DNA of 63,882 nt, the filler included, from Acidimicrobiia bacterium (GTDB lineage: Bacteria > Actinomycetota > Acidimicrobiia > Spongiisociales > JAENVV01): assembly GCA_041577335.1 (NCBI GenBank). It is 3 parts of 3 records of this genome, joined end to end, with 100 filler letters (N's around TTAATTAATTAA, not from the genome) between each part and the next. Parts side by side here need not be neighbours in the genome. Positions count along the whole stretch, not along the records: positions 43,649 to 63,882 come from JBFGJH010000064.1; 2 more parts are not named here. The stretch is one strand, 5' to 3'. The notes beneath the pieces are model-generated. The model was not told the origin of the DNA. It ran no database searches and saw only the letters and a program-made list of their open reading frames with translations. Positions 58,906-63,882 of this stretch are shown here, piece after piece (the first letter of the stretch is position 1; the number at the start of each line of letters is the position of its first letter). Position numbers and translations under genes: made by a program.

Positions 58906-60042
58906 ATGAGTGAGTTTCTTGCCGCAGCCGCCACCGCAGTGGGTGGGCCCGAGGATCTCGTTGCTCGTTCTGCCGAGGCCCGAGCTCAGGCGCAAGGGGT
59001 GTCGGCCGAAGAGATTCTTCAGGCCTGGGCGGGAGGCGGATCTGCACCGGCGCCGGCCGCGGCGCCGACCGAGCCTGCCACCCCCGTGGCCGCCGATGAT
59101 ACGGCCGACCAGGTGGTTGAGGCCGCTGTCGCTCCTGCTCCCACTCCTGCTGCTGCCGCCGTAGCGGTGGCCGAGGAAGCAGCTCCGGCCGTCGTTCTCG
59201 TCGCCGACGAGCCGATTGAGCCCGTTGAGCCGGCCTTGTTGAGTGAGCGTTTCAGATTCCCCGGCAAGCTTGGCGCCATGGTCGGCTTCATGATGGGCAT
59301 GTTTGCCTTGGTAGCGGCCACCCCTTTGGTTTTTGACAAGGTCACGCTGGGCGGCACAGAGGACGACCCGTCTCTTCTCTGGGTTGTGCAGCCTGCCCGA
59401 CTTCTCCTTCTGGCCGCGGTCGGCTCCGCGCTCTTTGGCGCAATCATCGCTCGGCTGTCCGGCGTCGTACCGGCGTGGTTCGACAAGGGATTGTCCGTGC
59501 GGTCAACCGGCGCGAGCCTCTATATCGTCGGCGCCGGCGTCGGGGCTCTCTTGGGGGTTGTGGGCGCCGGAGTCCTTCTGGCAGCCGGCACGGCCGTCGA
59601 AGTGTTGCCAGACGAGCCAGCCATGACTGAGCTGCCCATAGTCCCGGTGATGGTCGTCGTATTGGCGGGAGGGGCTCTGCTCGGAGCCATCACCGCCATC
59701 GTGGCTCAGGTCATGGCCTTGCCGGTGGGTCTATCCGAAGAAGAGCAAGCCGAGTCCGAGGTGATCAAGCACCGGTTGGGAACCTCGTACATCATGCCGG
59801 CCATGGTGATTCTGATCATCGCTTTGCTGGTGGTTCCGTTCGGGATACTGCTCGTCGAGTTTCACACCGTCGCTCCGATCATCGCCATCATCACCGCAGG
59901 CGGAATCCTGACCTTCGGCTTTTTGTCGGCGAGTCAGCCCGGAATGCGCATCGGAGTGGGTGAGGCGCTGGTGGCCGCAGTCGGCATCGGGACGCTGGTG
60001 CTCTTCATTGTTCTGATGGCCAATGCCGTCGGCCAGGGTTGA
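58906..60042 (+). CDS. Hypothetical multi-TM protein with an Ala/Pro-rich N-terminal region
   Basis: Short helical N domain, Ala/Pro linker, about 7 TM segments. TATGAT lies 8 nt upstream. Confidence 0.8.
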   Translation: MSEFLAAAATAVGGPEDLVARSAEARAQAQGVSAEEILQAWAGGGSAPAPAAAPTEPATPVAADDTADQVVEAAVAPAPTPAAAAVAVAEEAAPAVVLVADEPIEPVEPALLSERFRFPGKLGAMVGFMMGMFALVAATPLVFDKVTLGGTEDDPSLLWVVQPARLLLLAAVGSALFGAIIARLSGVVPAWFDKGLSVRSTGASLYIVGAGVGALLGVVGAGVLLAAGTAVEVLPDEPAMTELPIVPVMVVVLAGGALLGAITAIVAQVMALPVGLSEEEQAESEVIKHRLGTSYIMPAMVILIIALLVVPFGILLVEFHTVAPIIAIITAGGILTFGFLSASQPGMRIGVGEALVAAVGIGTLVLFIVLMANAVGQG

Positions 60043-60117
60043 ACGACGCCACCTGGACAGGTATGCCTCGGTCCGCTGACTCTCGTGTCGGGATTTGCAG
60101 CAAGTAGCGCAGCCGGC

Positions 60118-61449
60118 TCACGGGGGCCGCTCGGTTTCGTAGGTCTCGCCGAGTTTGGTGGTCCACTGGTAGCGGCCTTCGGGTAGCCGTCGGTAGCTCC
60201 ACCCGAGGCGGTGCTTGTTGAGGTGGTCGTGGCGGCACAGTGGGGCCAGGTTGTCGACGCTGGTGGGGCCACCCTTGGCCCAGTCCTGGCGATGGTCGAG
60301 GTCGCAGTCCACGGCGGGCATCCGGCACCCGGGGAACACGCAGGTGGGGCTTTGGGCCTCGATATGGCGCCGCTGCCCCACCGTCGGGCGCCGCCGGGTG
60401 ATGCCGGTAGCCACCGCCTGTCCCTGATGCTGGACGGTGTACCGCCAGGGAGTCTGTGCTTGGTCGTGAGCGACCTGGCGAGCGACGTCGGCGATGACGG
60501 GCCCGTACCCGGCCAGCTCGCCTGAGTTGTTGGCGAGCCCGGCGAGGGTCTCGAGGTCGACGGTGAGGTTGACCGACCCGCCCCCTCGAGCCTGGCCAGG
60601 CTGGAGGCGGCCGCTGAGAAGGTCGAGCGCGACGTCGGCGCGAAGCTGGTCGAGGGTGCGTTCTTCATCGTGTGTCTTGAGCTCCCGGGCGCAGCGGTTG
60701 AGGTAGTCGGAGGCCTGGGAGGCACGTTCGGCGGGAGCATCGAGCACCGACACATTGGCCGATCCATCCGGGGTGGCTTCCACCACGACCCGTCGGTCAT
60801 CGGTGGCGGCTCGGTATCGATCGGCGGCATCGTCCGGATTGAGATCGAGGCACACCTTCCGGAGCCGTGCCCCCAACTGTCCAGTGGTCAGGTTGCCGGC
60901 CCGGGGCATGACTTGCTCAGCCACCTGCCGAGCGTCGAGCTCAGGGAGGTGCCGGGTTGCTGCGACGATGGTTCGGGCGCGACGCACATCGATAGTGCCG
61001 GCCAACAGCGCGTCCCACACCCGCGGCAGCCGTTTCTTCAGATCCAATGCGAATGCCACCTCGCTGTCGGCCGCTCTCCGGGTGAGGCGTAACGCCGCCC
61101 GCACCTCGGCGACCGTGCCCAGATGGGCGAGCTCGATGTCACCGTCGAGCTCTTCGAAGTGGTCTGAGACACCGGCGATGTCGTCGTATACCTGGGCCTG
61201 ATAGTGGGAGGCCATGCGTTGCCGGGCTCGCAAGACCCGGATCCGCTCGGGCCCGGAGCAGCGGCCGAGGTCGATGGACCACAGCATCGCCGCCAAGACC
61301 AGACCCGGCTCCATGAGATCCAGGGCGTGGGGTACGAGCTGCTCTTGATCGAACGCCACCAGCTCGGCCAAGCCCAACAGGCCTTCGTCCACACTCCAGG
61401 GATCTTCGACGAAATCTTCACCGACGTCCCGGTCGTCCAACATCAACAT
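60118..61449 (-). CDS. DUF222 / HNH endonuclease (13E12-repeat-like)
   Basis: RLPRVWDAL..GTID, ERTLDQLRAD, LAGYGPV, TCVFPGC..CDLDHRQDW..GGPTSVDNLAPLCRHDH..KH. Confidence 0.92.
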   Translation of the reverse strand: MLMLDDRDVGEDFVEDPWSVDEGLLGLAELVAFDQEQLVPHALDLMEPGLVLAAMLWSIDLGRCSGPERIRVLRARQRMASHYQAQVYDDIAGVSDHFEELDGDIELAHLGTVAEVRAALRLTRRAADSEVAFALDLKKRLPRVWDALLAGTIDVRRARTIVAATRHLPELDARQVAEQVMPRAGNLTTGQLGARLRKVCLDLNPDDAADRYRAATDDRRVVVEATPDGSANVSVLDAPAERASQASDYLNRCARELKTHDEERTLDQLRADVALDLLSGRLQPGQARGGGSVNLTVDLETLAGLANNSGELAGYGPVIADVARQVAHDQAQTPWRYTVQHQGQAVATGITRRRPTVGQRRHIEAQSPTCVFPGCRMPAVDCDLDHRQDWAKGGPTSVDNLAPLCRHDHLNKHRLGWSYRRLPEGRYQWTTKLGETYETERPP

Positions 61450-61455
61450 TCTTCG

Positions 61456-61477
61456 ATCGTACGAGTCGGGTGTGACA
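61456..61477 (-). promoter_or_regulatory. RecA-NDp/PafBC-type DNA-damage promoter (candidate)
   Basis: TGTCAC-N10-TACGAT-N6-ATG on the minus strand. Confidence 0.6.
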
Positions 61478-61720
61478 GAAGTGCCTTCGGCCACCGAGCG
61501 ATCGAGGTTGGCGAGCGAGCGCATATTGCCGGTTCCCGGGTGCCGCCGGGTGCGCGAGATCGTTCCCGGCGGTGAGTGATCTGCGCGTGGGGCAGGGGGC
61601 TGCGATTGAACCGAGCTCGGTCGGACTCAGGGCCGGTCCGATCTTCGCAGCGGGTTCGTGGTTAGGATCACCAGAGGGGATCGAACGTGCCGTGCGTTCA
61701 AGGCGAAGGGAGAGCTTGCC

Positions 61721-62788
61721 ATGCGAATTCCGACCGGTTCATCCAGAGTCCTCGTGTCACTGCTGGTGACGTTGGCGATGTTGGTGGCAGTGATACCCGC
61801 CGGGGCGTCGAGCCACGTCGAAGTCGTGAGCGAAGGGCCCCGGCCGTCGCTCGAAGGTGTGGCAGTCGACAAGACCGGCAACGTGTTCGTATCGAGCACT
61901 TTCACCGGCGAGCTGTTGAAGTTCGCACCAGGGTCTGGCGACTTCGACGTCTTCGGCACGATCGACGGTTGGGCTGCCGGCGGTCCTGGAGCCGGATTCC
62001 TCGGCCTGGCCACCGACGCCCAGGGCAACATCTACGGCGCGGCGCAATGGGAAGGCTTCACCGGTGTCTACAAGTTCGACCGGAAGACAGGGGACGAAAC
62101 GCTGATCCCCGGAACCGACCAGATGAGCTTCCCCAACAGCATCGCGTTCGACAAGGTCGGCAATATGTACACCACCGACTCCAACTCGACCGGGATCCTC
62201 ACCAGCGAGCTGCCAGGCGACGTGCGCGGCGCGATCTGGCGGGTCGACCCCAACGGCAACGCGATGAAGTGGTTCGAGTCGGCGCAGCTCGGAGGGAACG
62301 GCGGCGCCAGCCTGGAGACACCCGTGGGCGCCAACGGCATCGCCTACCGGAAGGGCGTGCTCACGGTGGCCAACGCCGAAGGCTTCTCGCTCTGGACCGT
62401 CCCGATCGAGGGCGATGGGTCGGCTGGGAACATCGACCTGCTCGCCGGTCTCGGCGTGACGCCCGACTGGCCGTTCCTTGCGGGTCCGCTCGGCGAGATC
62501 CCGGCCATACCCGACGGTATTGCGCTGGACGTCCACGGCGCGATCTATGTGGCTTCCGTCGCCCAGAACGCCGTGTTCCGCGTCAACACCGACGGCTCTG
62601 TCGACGTGTTGTTCCACGACCCGGCGGGTGAAGTGCTGAACTTCCCTTCGAGCGTCGCCTTCGGCACGGGCAAGGGCTTCAAGCAGACGGTGTACGTGGT
62701 CAACCTGGCCTTCGGGCCGACGCCACCCTTCGCTCCGGCCTCACTCGTCGCCATCGATGTTGGGGTGCCCGGCATGCCGCTTCCGTGA
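61721..62788 (+). CDS. Secreted SMP-30/gluconolactonase-like beta-propeller protein
   Basis: Signal peptide, EGVAVD, FPNSIAFD, GANGIA, PDGIALD, FPSSVAFG. Confidence 0.88.
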   Translation: MRIPTGSSRVLVSLLVTLAMLVAVIPAGASSHVEVVSEGPRPSLEGVAVDKTGNVFVSSTFTGELLKFAPGSGDFDVFGTIDGWAAGGPGAGFLGLATDAQGNIYGAAQWEGFTGVYKFDRKTGDETLIPGTDQMSFPNSIAFDKVGNMYTTDSNSTGILTSELPGDVRGAIWRVDPNGNAMKWFESAQLGGNGGASLETPVGANGIAYRKGVLTVANAEGFSLWTVPIEGDGSAGNIDLLAGLGVTPDWPFLAGPLGEIPAIPDGIALDVHGAIYVASVAQNAVFRVNTDGSVDVLFHDPAGEVLNFPSSVAFGTGKGFKQTVYVVNLAFGPTPPFAPASLVAIDVGVPGMPLP

Positions 62789-62916
62789 TGCTGTAAGTCC
62801 GGCTATAGGTGCGCCGGAAGTCCGGCAACGCACACTACCTCCGTCCAGTCATCCCATCGACAGGAGGAAGTGCGATGACCGGGAACAACAACAAGCATGA
62901 GGCGGAACTCACCGCC

Positions 62917-63020
62917 TGAGCCGTCGCCGCCGGCGCCACGATGGTCCATCCGATCGCGGACATGCCGTACCAGGGGCGTTAGGGACGGTTCGACGATCCC
63001 TTCGGCGATCGATCGTCGGT
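62917..63020 (+). pseudogene. VOC/PhnB-type C-terminal remnant
   Basis: *AVAAGATMVHPIADMPYQGR*GRFDDPFGDR with TGA at 62917 and TAG at 62980. Confidence 0.6.
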
Positions 63021-63510
63021 GCGTCCCTGATCGGATCGCGAGCCGCAGGAGCCCCGAGGGGATGGCCTTACACTGATCGCCATGACTCGGCGCTAGCACT
63101 CGCCCATCGTTGCGATGCGCCTCACGGCCATGCACGGACAAGCGACGTTGTCCGAGCGTCCGGCGGATGCTGGATGACGGAGAGCGCGCTGATCGCACCC
63201 CCCGCCAGCGCGCCCCGTTCCCAATCTCCAAATCAGTTGCCATAACGAGCACTTCGCCAAGTGTCCGAGATCGGCACTTCGAGGGGCGCCGGCCCCTCGC
63301 TGGGTCGTCACTGAATGTGGGCGTTCGGCTCCTGCCACGTTGTGTGACCAGCGAGGTGCAAGGAGATGCCGGATCCAGGACGCTGGTGGGTGTGCGAATC
63401 ACCTTCAGCAGTGAACGATCTGTGCGCATCTGGATGTACCCGGCAGGTGTTCGGCGTCGGGGCAAATCGTGATGGCAATTCTGTTGCCTGCAACTGACCG
63501 TCGAATTACG

Positions 63511-63882
63511 CGGGTTGGTGAGAGACACGACCATGCCACGACGAAGGAGCTCGAACGTGCGGGGCTGGCTGTTGCTTCCAATCGAGACATCGAGAGGGCT
63601 GCTCGTTGATCTCCATTGCTTGATGCCGAGCCATCCAAGGTAGCCTGCGCCGGCGAACTTGAGCGTCTGGAACGCAGCATCTGATTGGGCGAAGACAGCT
63701 CCAACTCCAACAGCAGCGACGATGACGTGGACGAATGATGCGAGGCCGATACCGACGGGTGCAGCCATTGCCTCTCTGAGCCGGTGTGATAGCCCGGTTG
63801 CCATGCAGAAGGCCGCGTTGGGCCCTGGGCTGAGGCCAAGTACGAACCACAGTCCGGCGAAGGTAGCGAGGCGAGTTATGTC
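63511..63882 (-). pseudogene. LysE/RhtB translocator, apparently truncated after LTNP
   Basis: LSPGPN..LKFAGAGYLGWLG..VSLTNP, then hydrophilic non-family sequence where three more TMs are expected. The start is at or just beyond the window edge. Confidence 0.7.

Noticed and set aside
61440..61456. Possible LexA box over the DUF222 start (TCGAAGAATGTTGA)
   Set aside because: Spacing and several bases do not fit TCGAAC-N4-GTTCGA.
1..63882. tRNA-Sec, other tRNA/rRNA genes, CRISPR arrays, IS transposases, further UGA-readthrough genes
   Set aside because: None recognised by eye. The other TGA-ending genes I checked stop at plausible family C-termini, but this was not an exhaustive scan.

Overview
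GC-rich actinobacterial DNA, probably from an Acidimicrobiia-like genome bin (inference from gene content and many leaderless TAnnnT promoters). It is three contigs joined by artificial 100-nt N/TTAATTAATTAA linkers at 22121-22220 and 43549-43648, so gene neighbourhoods hold only within 1-22120, 22221-43548 and 43649-63882. Contig 1 has a self-contained mannitol PTS operon (ptsI, PRD regulator, split EIIC/EIIB/EIIA, and MtlD fused in frame to HPr), small redox genes, and a beta-1,3-glucan (laminarin) locus (GH16, GH3, GH149-like phosphorylase, CBM9-GH3 lipoprotein). Contig 2 is accessory: a GT2 fused to an HprK-like P-loop domain, an atypical LuxR regulator next to a phased repeat array, a SARP/cyclase/AAA regulator, a TusA-DsrE fusion, fabH and others. 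Contig 3 is mostly housekeeping (aroF, tyrA, nadE, mgtE, greA, selD) plus a DUF222-HNH gene and decayed fragments. The main signal the ORF track misses is UGA recoding. A peroxiredoxin-like gene (RHFG-U-LTC, 10140-10670) and selD (HGSG-U-ACK, 51957-52997) each have an in-frame UGA at the catalytic Cys position followed by a SECIS-like hairpin, so both are probable selenoproteins. I recognised no rRNA, tRNA, CRISPR array or transposase. Family calls come from motif recognition by eye, not from database searches.
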